Program-made: the position numbers and the translations under genes
Notes under the pieces: model-generated
What the model was told of the DNA's origin: nothing
The model's database searches: none
What the model saw: the letters and a program-made list of their open reading frames with translations, nothing else
Part shown: positions 23,093 to 35,330 of the stretch, piece after piece
How positions within the stretch are numbered: position 1 is the first letter of the stretch
Layout: each line of letters begins with the position of its first letter
Origin: Octopus sinensis
Taxonomy: Eukaryota
Reading direction: 5' to 3'
Assembly: GCF_006345805.1 (NCBI RefSeq)
Contig: NC_043000.1
Coordinates: 22,692,001 to 22,756,000, forward strand
Length of the DNA stretch: 64,000 nt

Positions 23093-23315
23093 TAGTAATC
23101 CCTTGACTATCATGGGTATTACATTCCAAAACCCCCTGCAATAAGTGGAAATCTGCCAAGTAGGAACAATACTGAACTGTATAGTTTTAAAAATTATTTT
23201 TATAATTTGTATATATTTATGTTATTATAAATGCAAAACAACACCACAGAGGAATTGACGTAAGCTTAAATAATAAACCATGATAGGTGAACTGCGATAT
23301 GGCGAGGAATTACTG
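23093..23315. mobile_element. pogo/Tigger-type MITE
   Basis: TA|(C>T)AGTAATCCCTTGACTATC ... GCGATATGGCGAGGAATTACTG|TA. Confidence 0.7.
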
Positions 23316-24102
23316 TAATACAAGTTTTTGGAATTTGTATGTAGAATTCTGATTTTTTTTGTATAAAAATACGTAACAAAATTCAAGAATGTAAATATAA
23401 CAATATTGTATTACATGCTTAGATGAGGTTGGGGTGTTTACAATTTGAGCTGAAACTCTTGATGAAGTATAACTCTTAGAAATTTCTTTCCAATAAAAAC
23501 CTTAAAGAACGCTGCAACACAAAGTGAACAACCTTATCAGACACTAATTAGGTGGCAAAATTTAATAGTTTTCCTATTATTTTTTCCCAGATACTAGTGA
23601 CCTCCCTTGTTCATATTCATTTATGACTCCTTGCTAATCAATCTCTTTTTCATTGAAATTAAACAATGCCATATAATAGCTTGGGGCAGACCTTATACTA
23701 TGATTAAAGCATGGAACACTTCAGTTTCCAGACATGAGCAGTTGCAAACAATAACCAGTATTTTGCCATAAACAAAAAGGAATTTGGTCAAAACAGCTTG
23801 CAGATGTGATGACATCAGCATAAATCTGACCAATCAGTCTTGTCATTGGCAACTGACAATTGGTAACATATAGCAGATGAAACTGAAGTAAAACAAGATG
23901 ATCAGTGTGAAGTCTATGAGACAAGATGCTATTGACAAATAAAGACCATAGGAATGAAAAGGTAGTTGTGAGTGACAAAGCATGATTGCAAATGAAATAC
24001 TTTCTCTAACTGATATTGTAACTGAAAGACCAACAGAATTTTTGCCATGTGCAGGATATTCAATTGGTTCTTTTTTGACAACCTGATTTGTCTGGGAATA
24101 TA

Positions 24103-24640
24103 TTGGGTTGTCCAGAAAGTTTGTGCCGATCTTTAAAGGAAAGAAAAACGTCAATAAATACATGCCATTACATTTTTAACCAACCAAATATGAACCATTT
24201 TGTTGAACAATGCATTTCCATCTTTCTTTTAACTTGAAAATACCCTCTTCCCAGAATTGAGGTGGTTTCATGGCAAGGAATTCATCAAAGTATCTTTTTA
24301 CGTCATCCAAAGAATTGAAATGTTTACCCTTAAGACTATTCTGCAAAGACCTGAATAAGTGGAAATCCAAAGGGGCAATATCTGGTGAATATGGAGGGTG
24401 GGGGTAACACATCTCAGCTGAGCTGCAGCAATTCTTGTCTGGTTCTTAAAGCATCAAGTGCCGAAAATGAACTTTCTTATCTTCCATTTTAAAGGGTTAC
24501 AGAATTAACAGGTTATAGGAACATAAATCTTCTTCCATGATAAGATAGCTTAAACTATGCTCTAAATGGAGGTGTAGTCAAATCCATGTTCTAAAATAGT
24601 AAGCTACTATAAATCGGCATGAACTTTCTGGACAACCCAA
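24103..24640 (-). mobile_element. Internally deleted mariner element
   Basis: TIRs TTGGGTTGTCCAGAAAGTT / AACTTTCTGGACAACCCAA with TA TSDs. Minus strand encodes the N-terminus MEDKKVHFRHLML* joined to the C-terminus HPPYSPDIAPLDFHLFRSLQN...WKCIVQQNGSY. Confidence 0.93.
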
Positions 24641-25538
24641 TATCTATGCAAACACTTGCTGACCATTCTCATTTGCTGCTACACGGAAAAACACTTATGC
24701 ACCCCAACTACATGTTTTTGTGGAATGAACTTTATCAAACCATCACATCTAGCATTTCTTTCTAAAATAACAATAAATATATATTGTAAAGTATAGAAGC
24801 CATCTTATCATGGCTAACCACATTGGGGAGGGGGTTGTTACTGTAGCTTTATAGCCCCAAGAGATCTTCGTCTCTAGCTGGCTCTAAACACAATATCTGT
24901 GTCTTTGGAGTATTTGCAAAGGGAGGCCATCCCTTCCTCGCAAGCCTGAGTGATACGCTCGAACTAGTTTCGGGATGGTTGTCCCTCGTCAACGGGCGGT
25001 AACCACCAGGTAGCGATGAAAGTGAAGGCTCCTTTGCAAATAGATATAAGTTTTTCTAATGGCGTCTGCCACTGATGTCGAAAAACGAATAAATATATAT
25101 TGAAGAACTAATTTCATCTCCTAATCATTTTATCAACTGCAACTTATCATCATATTGTTACACAATATTTAGTCTAATTTCCCAAGCCCTTACAGTCTCT
25201 GCTATACAATATACTCTTTAAATTAATCAATACTGTTTTTCTTTTTCACAGTTCCATTATACTTATGTAATCAATATTTTCTAATCATTATATTAGATAT
25301 ACTAATTTAATTTATCATATTCTCTCAATTACAATGTTATCTCATATATAATATGATTCCCCACATTTAACACTTAGAAATTAGTAAAATACTTAATCCT
25401 CTTATCATTTTCCTTCACACTTGGATATAATGCTACGTAATGTTATTCATTAAATTTCGTATATTATACATTATGTTCTTGCATTTTACAAAAATATTTA
25501 CTAGTTATGTCCCTTACACTATACATTTAAATCATATA

Positions 25539-25702
25539 CTGTATTTTAACATGTATAAGGACCCCATCCTAATTTTGGGGGCTTAAATTTGGAAAAAACG
25601 GTTTTGTAAGGGATTATAATACTATCCATGTATAAGAAACTCCCATGTTTTTTAACCTAATTTTTGACAAAAAAAGGGTTCCTTATACATGTTAAAATAC
25701 GG
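25539..25702. mobile_element. pogo/Tigger-type MITE, family 'CCGTATTTT'
   Basis: TIRs CTGTATTTTAACATGTATAAGG / CCTTATACATGTTAAAATACGG with TA TSDs. Confidence 0.88.
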
Positions 25703-25904
25703 TAACTACCAAACGTAAACCGTTCTTTTCTCAAAATTATTTCCAATCCCCAATTTCCACTTTATTTGATAAATGCAATTTTTCTATTCTGCTTTCTGTC
25801 CATATTCCACTATTTTTTGTATCTTGTATCTTGTTCCCAAATGATTTTCATAAGATCCTTTTGTCTATTAACTATATATTCTAAAACTAATCATAATTAG
25901 TCCA

Positions 25905-26290
25905 TATGGTTCTGGGTTCAGCCCCACCGCATGCCAAGGTGCAGGTGTGGCTGTGTGATAAGTTTGTTTCGCAACCACATGGTTCCTAGTCCAGTCTCAC
26001 TGCATGGTATATCGGGCAAGTGCCTTCTACTATTGCCCTGGGTTGACCAAAGCCTTGTGAGTAGATGGAAACTGATAGAATACATATATGCGTGTGTGTG
26101 ATTTGTGCCTATGTTTGTCCCCTGCTTCCACTGTTGGGGTGTTTACATCCCCCAAGATAGTAAAAGAGGCTGATAGAATGAGTTCCAGGCTTAAAAAAAA
26201 GTACTGGGGTTGATTTATTCGACTAAAAATTTCTTCCAAGGTGGTACCCTAGCATGGCTGCAGTCTAATAACTGAAACTAGTGAAAGACA
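25905..26290 (+). mobile_element. SINE family A (old copy)
   Basis: Diverged match. Confidence 0.7.
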
Positions 26291-26404
26291 AAAGAAGTCC
26301 AGTCTTTGAAAATTTCTCTTCAATGAAACAGAAAGATAGCTGTTAGATCCACGTTTCCGTGCATTAAATGTTTTTCTTTTCATTAAGAGAAATTTCTGTT
26401 ACAT

Positions 26405-27168
26405 TATTATATCAGCCTCGTCTGGCACCCGTGCCGGTGATATGTAAAAGCACCATTCGCTCGTGGCCGTTTGCCAGCTCTGCCTGGCCCCGTGTCGGTG
26501 GCACGTAAAAGCACCATCCGTTTGTGTTCGTTGCCAGCCTCGCCTGGTCCCGTGCCGGTGACACATAAAAGCACCGTCCGTTCGTGGCCGTTTGCCAGCT
26601 CTGTCTGGCCCCATGTCGGTGACACGTAAAAGCACCATCCGTTCGTGTCCGTTGCCAGCCTCGGCTGGCCCCCGTGCCGGAGACACGTAAAAGCACCGTC
26701 GCTCGTGGCCGTTTGCCAGCTCTGTCTGGCAACCGTGTCGGTGGCACGTAAAAGCACCATCCGTTCGCGTCCGTTGCCAGCCTCGGCTGGCCCCCGTGCC
26801 GGTGACACGTAAAAGCACCGTCCGTTCGTGGCCGGTTGCCAGCTCTGTCTGGCCCCGTGTCGGTGGCACGTAAAAGCACCATCCGTTCGTGTCCGTTGCC
26901 AGCATCGCCTGGCCCCGTGCCGGTGACACATAAAAGCACCATCCGTTCGTGGCCGTTCGCCAGCTCTGTCTGGCACCTGTGCAGGTGGCACGTAAAAAAC
27001 ACCCACTACACTCGCGGAGTGGTTGACGTTAGGAAGGGCATCCAGCCGTAGAAACACTGCCAGATCTGACTGGGCCTGACGAAGCCTTCCAGCTTCACAG
27101 ACCCCAGTTGACCCGTCCAACCCATGCTAGCATGGAAAGCGGACGCTAAACGATGATGATGATGATGA
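26405..27168 (+). mobile_element. SINE family C with an internal array of 10 x ~60-bp units
   Basis: Ten AAAGCACC-containing units (26405-27003) followed by the C tail ending ACGCTAAACGATGATGATG. Confidence 0.9.
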
Positions 27169-27190
27169 TATATATATCTCTATATATAAA

Positions 27191-27221
<31 letters not shown>

Positions 27222-27409
27222 TAATGGTAGAAATTGATATTTATCAATTAAAACCAGTGGTCTAACATATTAAAAAGAATCCGAAGATTAAAATATTTAT
27301 ATATACCAATTAAGGACTGAACACGAAAAGTGGACAGTCAGCTGTTGACAGTCCACTTTTCGTGTTCAGTCCTTAATTGCTATATATATATATATATATA
27401 TATATATGC

Positions 27410-27820
27410 ATTTATTTGTTTCAGTCATTTGACTGCGGCCATGCTGTGGCACCGCCTTTGGTTGAAAAAATTGGCCCTAGGACTTATTCTTTGTAAGCTT
27501 AGTAGTTATTCTATTGGGCTCTTTTGCCAAATAGCTAAGTTATGGTAACGCAAACACACCATCAACAGTTGTTAAACGATGGTGGAGGGTGGGAGGCAAA
27601 ATACAAACACACAAATGCATACATATATACACACACACACACATATATATATATATCTACATATATCTACATGAAGGACTTCTTTCAGTTTCTGTCTACC
27701 AAATCTACTCACAATGTGTTGGTTGGCCTGAGGCTATAGATGATGCCCTAGGTGCCATGAAGTGGGACTGAACCTAGAACCATGTGGTTGGAAAGTAAGT
27801 TTCTTACCATACAGCCACAT
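27410..27820 (-). mobile_element. SINE family A
   Basis: Full-length diverged match. Confidence 0.78.
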
Positions 27821-27844
27821 ATTTGACAGACGCTATCAAATATA

Positions 27845-28061
27845 CAAGTGGGTGCTGAAAAGTTCCTGACTTCGGGTAAAAGAAAATACAGGAGGATCAG
27901 TTAATTATGATTTTATTCAACGTATTTCCCTCTCAGATTCACACACTTATTGCAGGGGTCCTTCAGTTTTTCTAAGCCCTACAAAAGAACTCGGATGATT
28001 GGGCCTTCAACCAGGCCTTTGATAATACCCTTAAAATCAGGAATTTTTCAGCACCTCATTG
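27845..28061. mobile_element. Mariner-type MITE
   Basis: TA|CAAGTGGGTGCTGAAAAGTTCCTG ... CAGGAATTTTTCAGCACCTCATTG|TA. Confidence 0.8.
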
Positions 28062-28062
28062 T

Positions 28063-28096
<34 letters not shown>

Positions 28097-28382
28097 TTGG
28101 CGTTAGAAAGGGCATCCAGCTGTAGAAAGATTGCCAGATAAGACCGGAGCCTGGTGCAGCCCTCTGGCTTCCCAGATCCCCGATCGAACCGTCCAACCCA
28201 TGCTAGCATGGAGAACGGACGTTAAACGATGATGATGATGATGATATATATATATATATATAACAATGTAACAACTGTAGATATTAACAGTCTACTCTGA
28301 CTTTCACCTTCAGCTGGATAGACTAGCTAAAGGTGAAACACAGAAAAGACTATCAACTTTGATATAATATATGTATATATAT

Positions 28383-29220
28383 GAGTGGCTGTGTGGTATA
28401 TAGCTTGCTTCCAAACCACATGGTTTCGGGTTCAGTCCCTCAGCTGGCACCTTGGGTGTCTTCTACTATAGCCTCGGTCTGAGCAAAGCCTTGTGAGTGG
28501 ATTTGGTAGACAGAAACTGAAAGAAGCCCATCGTGTATATATATGTGTGTGTGTGTATATATGTTTGTGTCTGTGTTTGTCTCCCCAACATCGCTTGACA
28601 ACCGATGCTGGTGTGTTTACATCCCCATAATTTAGTGGTTTGGCAAAAGATACTGATAGAATAAGTACTAGGCTTACAAAAGATTAGTCCTGGGGTCGAT
28701 TTGCTCAACTAAAAGGTGGCTCCAGCAAGGAGCTAGCAAATTTAAACAAGAACATCCTCTGGATTTGTATACATGTAAATATTTATATATATACATATGT
28801 ATATATATATATATATATATAGGCACAGGAGTGGCTGTGTGGTAAGTAGCTTGCTTACCAACCACATGGTTCAGTCCCACTGTGTGGCATCTTCGGCAAG
28901 TGTCTTCTACTATAGCCTCGGGCCGACCAATGCCTTGTGAGTGGATTTGGTAGACGGAAACTGAAAGAAGCCTGTCGTATATATGTATATATATATGTTT
29001 ATGTGTGTATATGTTTGTGTGTCTTTGTTTGTCCGTCTAACATTGCTTGACAACCGATGCTGGTGTGTTTACATCCCCATCACTTAGCGGTTTGGCAAAA
29101 GAGACCGATAGAATAAGTACTGGGCCTACAAAGAATAAGTCCCGGGGTCGATTTGCTCGACTAAAGGCAGTGCTCCAGCATGGCCGCAGTCAAATGACTG
29201 AAACAAGTAAAAGAGTAAAA
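28383..29220 (+). mobile_element. Two adjacent SINE family A copies (28383-28725, 28822-29220)
   Basis: Both match family A head to tail. Confidence 0.85.
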
Positions 29221-30061
29221 ATATGTCGGAAATTCTGTCTGTGGGTGTGTTTGTGGAGTTGTTAGCTAACTCCTCCTACATCGTTTTATCGATTTTGATG
29301 AAACTTGATACATGAGTAGAACTCATGCCTGAAAACCTCAGGGCATACTCAGATTGTTGAAAAAAAAAAAGATAATACATCCCCTGGAAAGGATCCTTAT
29401 ATATATCTAATATATTTTATTTTAAAAACCAAGGGAAATAACCCATTGATTTTCCTAAATTATTTACTAAAAATGAAATTGAGAACGCTTATTTCTTAGT
29501 ATTTGAACTGTTAGAGTTATTTTCGCAATTTATCCAGTACAACCCTTAAACAAACAAGTAAATAGTATTTTCCTAAACAATAGACCCACTTATTTCGGTA
29601 AGTGACTTATTCACATATGTACCAACACTAGTGCCCCTGAGGGTAATATTCTCTGGGAACACACAAAAGCCCTTCTCAGAGTTATTTACTTTGAGTTGTT
29701 ATTATCTCATACCTAATTAGCTTGTTATCCTGTAACATGCTTCATGATTTTCGTATACATACTGTATTAGTATGCATTAAAGCCCTTTTCAGGGCTACTT
29801 TATTTGAATTCTTACTATCGTGTAACTAATTTCATGTGATTACATATTTGACTTCACAATTTGAGTATTCATAACTTTTGGGGAATTCCTAAAAACATGA
29901 TCCTGTGTAAGACAGTTCAGTATTCTCTGTAAATGCACAAAAACCATTTTAAGGGCTACATACTTTGTATTGTTGTTATTAGATTAGCGAAACAATTATG
30001 AGAACGGAAGAACCAAGGGATAAGCCTCGCTTTCCTGGGAATTACTTAGTACGTCAGCTAG
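29221..30061 (+). mobile_element. Possible non-autonomous Helitron
   Basis: 5' TCTGTCTGT..CGATTTTGATGAAACTTG block; 3' imperfect hairpin (CCAAGGGATAAGC/GCTTTCCTGGG) ~18 nt before a terminal CAGCTAG|T; no TSD. Confidence 0.4.
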
Positions 30062-30749
30062 TATATATATGTATGTGTGTGTATATGTTTGTGCATCTGT
30101 CCCTTCCCCATCGCTTGACAACCAATGTCGGTGTGTTTATGTCCCCATAACTTAGTGGTTCGGTAAAAGAGACTGACAGAATAAGTATTAGGCTAACAAA
30201 GAATAAGTCCTGGGGTCGATTTATTTGACTAAAGGCAGTGCTCCAGCATGGCCACAGTCAAATGACTGAAACGAGTAAAAGAATAAATGAATATATGTGC
30301 GTGTGTGAGGGGTCATACAAGCCAGGTATAGCAAGGTAAGAGTTAGCAATGAGTTTAATGACAAATTTAGCATGCAGGTCAGGTTTGATCTGAACTAATA
30401 TCTTAACCCACTCCCATTTATTAAAGCCCTCCAGAACTATAATAAATGGGAGGGTGTTAAGACAGAAGAATTTAAGACCAGCTCTCCATGGAATTACTTA
30501 AGTTTTAAGATGTATTTGCTACAAATGAATCTGAAGATCTTCCAGACATGAAAACAAAACCAGGAACTGAAATGTCTCAAAATAAACTTTGCAAAGACTA
30601 AAAGTTTAATAAAACAGGAAGAAAGCAAGACTTTATTGTCATCAATGAAATATATAGAAATTTCTGTGGTGGAGTGGGATCACAGTCTTGCTGGTAGAGA
30701 TTTACAGGTGAAGACAACAGTAAAAGTGTACCTGAACAATGTATATACT

Positions 30750-30947
30750 TTTTTACTTGTTTCAGTTATTTGACTGTGGCCATGCTGGAGCACCGCCTTT
30801 AGTTGATCGAGCAAATTGACCCCTAGTACTTATTCTATTGGTCTCTTTCGCTGAACCGCTAAGTTACGGGGACATAAACACACCAGCATCAGTTGTCAAG
30901 CGATGTTGGTGGGGGACAAACACAGACACACAAACATATACATATAC

Positions 30948-30982
<35 letters not shown>

Positions 30983-31122
30983 TATACACATATATACGAT
31001 GGGCTTCTTTCAGTTTCCGTCTACCAAAGCCACTCACAAGGCTTTGGTCGGCCCGAGGCTATAGTAGAAGACACTTGCTCAAAGTGCCACGCAGAGGGAC
31101 TGAACCCAGAACCATGTGGTTC
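30750..31122 (-). mobile_element. SINE family A
   Basis: Match to family A. Confidence 0.82.
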
Positions 31123-31374
31123 GTAGTAATCTTATCATTATTATTTTTTAAAAAGATATTTCTAAATACCCAGATATAGTTGGTAGCTTTAATTACCTTG
31201 GTGATCTAATTAGTGGTCAATATAAGTGCTTTGAATACATAGAATACAGAATAAAAATGGGGCAAAAAAGTTCAAGGAGATATTAAGTCTGTTCTTAACA
31301 AAGGGTTTCTCCATCAGAATGAAGGGAAGGTTGTATGATGCTTATGCGTGAAGTGTGTTCCTGCATGTCAGTGA

Positions 31375-31798
31375 AACTTGGGCCTAGCATCACCTTACTG
31401 GCACTTGAGCCCCATGCTAGTAGGGTGCTAAGAGTACCATCTGAGCATGATCGTTGCCAGAGCGGCTAACTGGCTTCCGTGCCGGTGGCATGTAAAAGGC
31501 ACCATTCGAGCGTGATCGTTACCAGCGTTGCCTTACTGGCACCTGTGCCGGTGACATGTGTAAAAAGATTTGAGTGAGGTTGTTGCCAGTACCGCCTGAC
31601 TGGCCCTCATGCCGGTGGCATGTAAAAGCATCCACTATACTCTTGGAGTGGTTGGCGTTAGGAAGGGCATCCAGCAGTAGAAACTCTGCCAGATCAGATT
31701 GAAGCCTGGTGCAGCCATCTGGTTCGCCAGCTCTCTGTCAAATCGTCCAACCCATGCTAGCATGGAAAGTGGATGTTAAACAATGATGATGATGATGA
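31375..31798 (+). mobile_element. SINE family C
   Basis: Four internal modules and (GAT)n tail. Confidence 0.85.
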
Positions 31799-32545
31799 AC
31801 TTAGAAAATCCAGAAACATACGAAGCAAGCATGCTCCACTGGATGTTAGTGTACATGAATGGTAGAGGACAAATGAACTGAGAGAAAACAGATATAAGAG
31901 AAATCAGAAGTTCTGTGCAAGAGAGAAGCAGCATGGATATGTTCATGATGAATATAGAATAGGGTAAATTCTTCTAGTTTTAAATATCATTTTTATTTTT
32001 GGTAATATTTCAATATAGGAGTATAAATTACAATGCTTAAGAACACAGCCAGTTAAAGATAAACAGTATTTGCATATAAAAAGATACACAAAAATGCAGT
32101 GTATTTGAGAAAAAGCAAGAATATTTTCATTATGGAACCAAGCAGGTAGAAATATAAAAATGGCTCTCTTCATAATCTTCAAAAAGGCATTTAAAAATGA
32201 TTGATTGGTTGAAAATTAACCCCCAGTCACATGACTTGTTTATAGAGTTGTCTGCTATATCTGTGCATACAAGTCATGTGATGCCCACTGATAAGGGAAA
32301 AGGTAAAAATAATATTTCATGCTTCTGGAGATGAGTACATGCACATCTGTGTGAAAGACAGAATCAGAATGTGAACGGGTGAAGTAAACTTAGAGTCGTG
32401 TTCTCCTTATATAAAGGATGTGAGGTGAATTGTGGTGCTGGAGAAGACACACCTATGCTGTAACTGATTTTGTGCTTAGTTGGAGGTGAACACTTATGTG
32501 CTGAGGGTGTCTTCAAATGCTAGAGTCAGTGTGTCATCAAGCAAT

Positions 32546-32707
32546 GGCGCAGGAGTGGCTGTGTGGTAAGTAGCTTGCTAACCAACCTCATGGTTCTGGG
32601 TTCAGTCCCACTGCGTGGCATCTTGGGCAAGTGTCTTCTGCTATAGCCCCGGGCCGACCAATGCCTTGTGAGTGGATTTGGTAGACGGAAACTGAAAGAA
32701 GCCTGTC

Positions 32708-32746
<39 letters not shown>

Positions 32747-32975
32747 TGTGTGTGTATATGTTTGTGTGTCTGTGTTTGCCCCCCTAGCATTGCTTGACAA
32801 CCGATGCTGGTGTGTTTATGTCCCCGTCACTTAGCGGTTCGGCAAAACAGACCAATAGAATAAGTACTGGGCTTACAAAGAATAAGTCCCAGGGTCGATT
32901 TGCTCGACTAAAGGCGGTGCTCCAGCATGGCCGCAGTCAAATGACTGAAACAAGTAAAAGAGTAAAAGAGAAAGA
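32546..32975 (+). mobile_element. SINE family A (near-consensus)
   Basis: GGCGCAGGAGTGGCTGTGTGGTAAG head, GGTTCAGTCCC B-box, GAGTAAAAGAG tail. Confidence 0.88.
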
Positions 32976-33490
32976 GTTATAAGTGTTTTGACTGCTTCCA
33001 TCATGAGACTAGAGCTACCCACTGATGTAGGTGACATGATTCCTGACACAAGAGCACAAAATTTGAGTCAGATATTCTGATCTAAGCCAGATGTATCAGT
33101 CAATGCTTGTTCATACAGAACTGAAGTTCCTTACTGTATTCAACACACCGCTTGTCTTCACCCTTGAACCATATGTAGTGGCTCACTTTCTCTAAGACTT
33201 TTGATTATTCCCTCAAAAAATATTTTCTTCCTTTGCAACTTGTCCAAGACATCTGAGGAGTTAGTGAACCCTGGTTCCAATAAACCCTCTAACGCCCTAC
33301 CTCAAGTATTTTTTGCAGAGTTCAACCAGTTCATTGTACCGTTTGTTTTTTCTGTGAAATGCAACATCACCAATATTTGCCTCCCTTACATTATATGACG
33401 ATTAAATAAATTCTAAATTCCTAAGGAATGAGTAAAAGTTGCAAGTGTGTGGTAAATATAAGGCAGAACAGGAGATAACTGTAAATATTC

Positions 33491-33936
33491 TTTTTTACTC
33501 TAAGCAAAAGGCCCGAAATTTTGGGAGAAGGGGTCATTCGATTAGATCGACCCCAATATACAACTGGTATTTAATTTATTGACCCCAAAAGGATGAAAGG
33601 CAAAGTTGACCTTGGTGGAATTTGAACTCAGAGTGTAAAGACAGACGAAATACTGCTAAGCATTTCGCCTAGTGTGCTAATGTTTCTGCCAGCTCCCCAC
33701 CTTATTACGTTTGTATATTCTTTTCTACTCTAGGCACGAGGCCCAACATTTTTGGGGAGGGGGCCAGTCGATTAGATTGACCCCAGTATGCAACTGGTAC
33801 TTAATTCATCAACCCTGAAAGGATGAAAGGCAAAGTCGACCCTGGCGGAATTTGAACTCAGAACATAAAGACAGACGAAATACCACAAAGCATTTTGCCT
33901 GGTGTGCTAATGTTTCTGCCAGCTCACCACCTTAAC
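33491..33936 (-). mobile_element. Head-to-tail dimer of SINE family B (alternative tail)
   Basis: Two B bodies inside one 16-bp TSD ATAACT(G/A)TAAATATTC (33475-33490 / 33937-33952). Confidence 0.82.
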
Positions 33937-35148
33937 ATAACTATAAATATTCGCAGGGTTGAGGGGTGATCAATGGTTCAAATGAGTATCTTCCCAGTTT
34001 TTAATTACATAGTATTTAATAGCATTTATCAATACCCTTGATTGTTAGAGTCACATAATTCAAATAAAAATATGTAGTTTTTTTTTTTGTTTTTTTAAAA
34101 CTCTGTACAGGTGTGTGGCCCAGTGGTTAATATGTTGTCCTCACATCTTATGATCATAGTTTTGCTTCCTGGACCAGGGAGTGTATTGTGTTCTTAAGCA
34201 ATGCAAAACAAGCCACTCAGCCATAAAAGAATTCCGGTGACAGCTGAAGTCAACTTGGTGTCTCATTCAGAAGAATGTGTTGTAATCTCAGTACTTAAGC
34301 ATAATGAAATCTGGGTTAAACTACAGCTGTATGAGCTCTAGAACTCATGACAGACCCCTCAGAAATTTATACAATATCCAGCTTTATGAAAGAATGTTAA
34401 TACACGTTACCAAGTGAACAGTATCTATCCGTGGTTTTTGTAGAGAGTTAGGGTCTTTGCCAACTGTACATTAAACCAGTGTTGAGCTGTGAATCAATGA
34501 CTGTTTGCTAGTTACACCTTATTCACTCACTCAAGTGTGATTCACATTCAATAATGCATGTTTTACTCTCCCTCTCTGTTTTCTGAAGAGAAATAATAGT
34601 ATTTCTACTAACAATATTGACAAATGAAATTCTTCAGATTTCTTCTGACTATAAAGGAGTTATATAAATGACATTGCTTTTAGAATTATGTACATGAACA
34701 GGACAATCATTAATCTACCATAACTGGTATTCATTTTAAATGCAATTATTCAGTATGGCCAATGAAGGAGCCTCTCAGCAGTCATTCTATATGCCAGAAA
34801 TGGCAGTGAAATCTTTCATTTCACACCACTACTGCCTTGAAAAACGAAAGAATACATTTGATAAAGTAATGCCTTGATTGCTCTGAGGCTAAACAACAAT
34901 AGAAATATTCTCTGTATAATGGAATTTTCCAGATGGACTGTTAATATTTTCTCAAAGATGTACAATAATTTTTAGTGAAATGAAAATCATGCTGAACAGC
35001 CCCATCAATATTTAAATATATACTTTACTGACCCAAGAGAAAGGAAAGTCAAAGTTAACCAATATACAACTTCGTCCTCTCTCGATATCAAGTTGTTGCT
35101 GACATTAATAATAGAAACAACGCTATTAAAAGTTCATTCCGTGTTGGT

Positions 35149-35330
35149 CTACGTGTTGTTCATTTGTTTTAACATGTCTTTCTTGTATTGTTCATAGGAT
35201 CGTCCACCAATATTTTGTCCTTTACCCACTGAATATTCATCATCATCATCACTATCACCACCACCACCACCACCACGACTATCCAGATGCTTGTAATATT
35301 CCCGTTCTTCTTCTTCTTTGTCTTCTTCAT
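35149..35330 (-). CDS. SLC7A6OS: SLC7A6OS terminal coding exon (DEEDKEEEEREYYKH...KQMNNT*)
   Basis: Acceptor TTCATTGCAG; the phase-1 join gives an open acidic frame ending TAG at 35151-35149. Confidence 0.85.
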
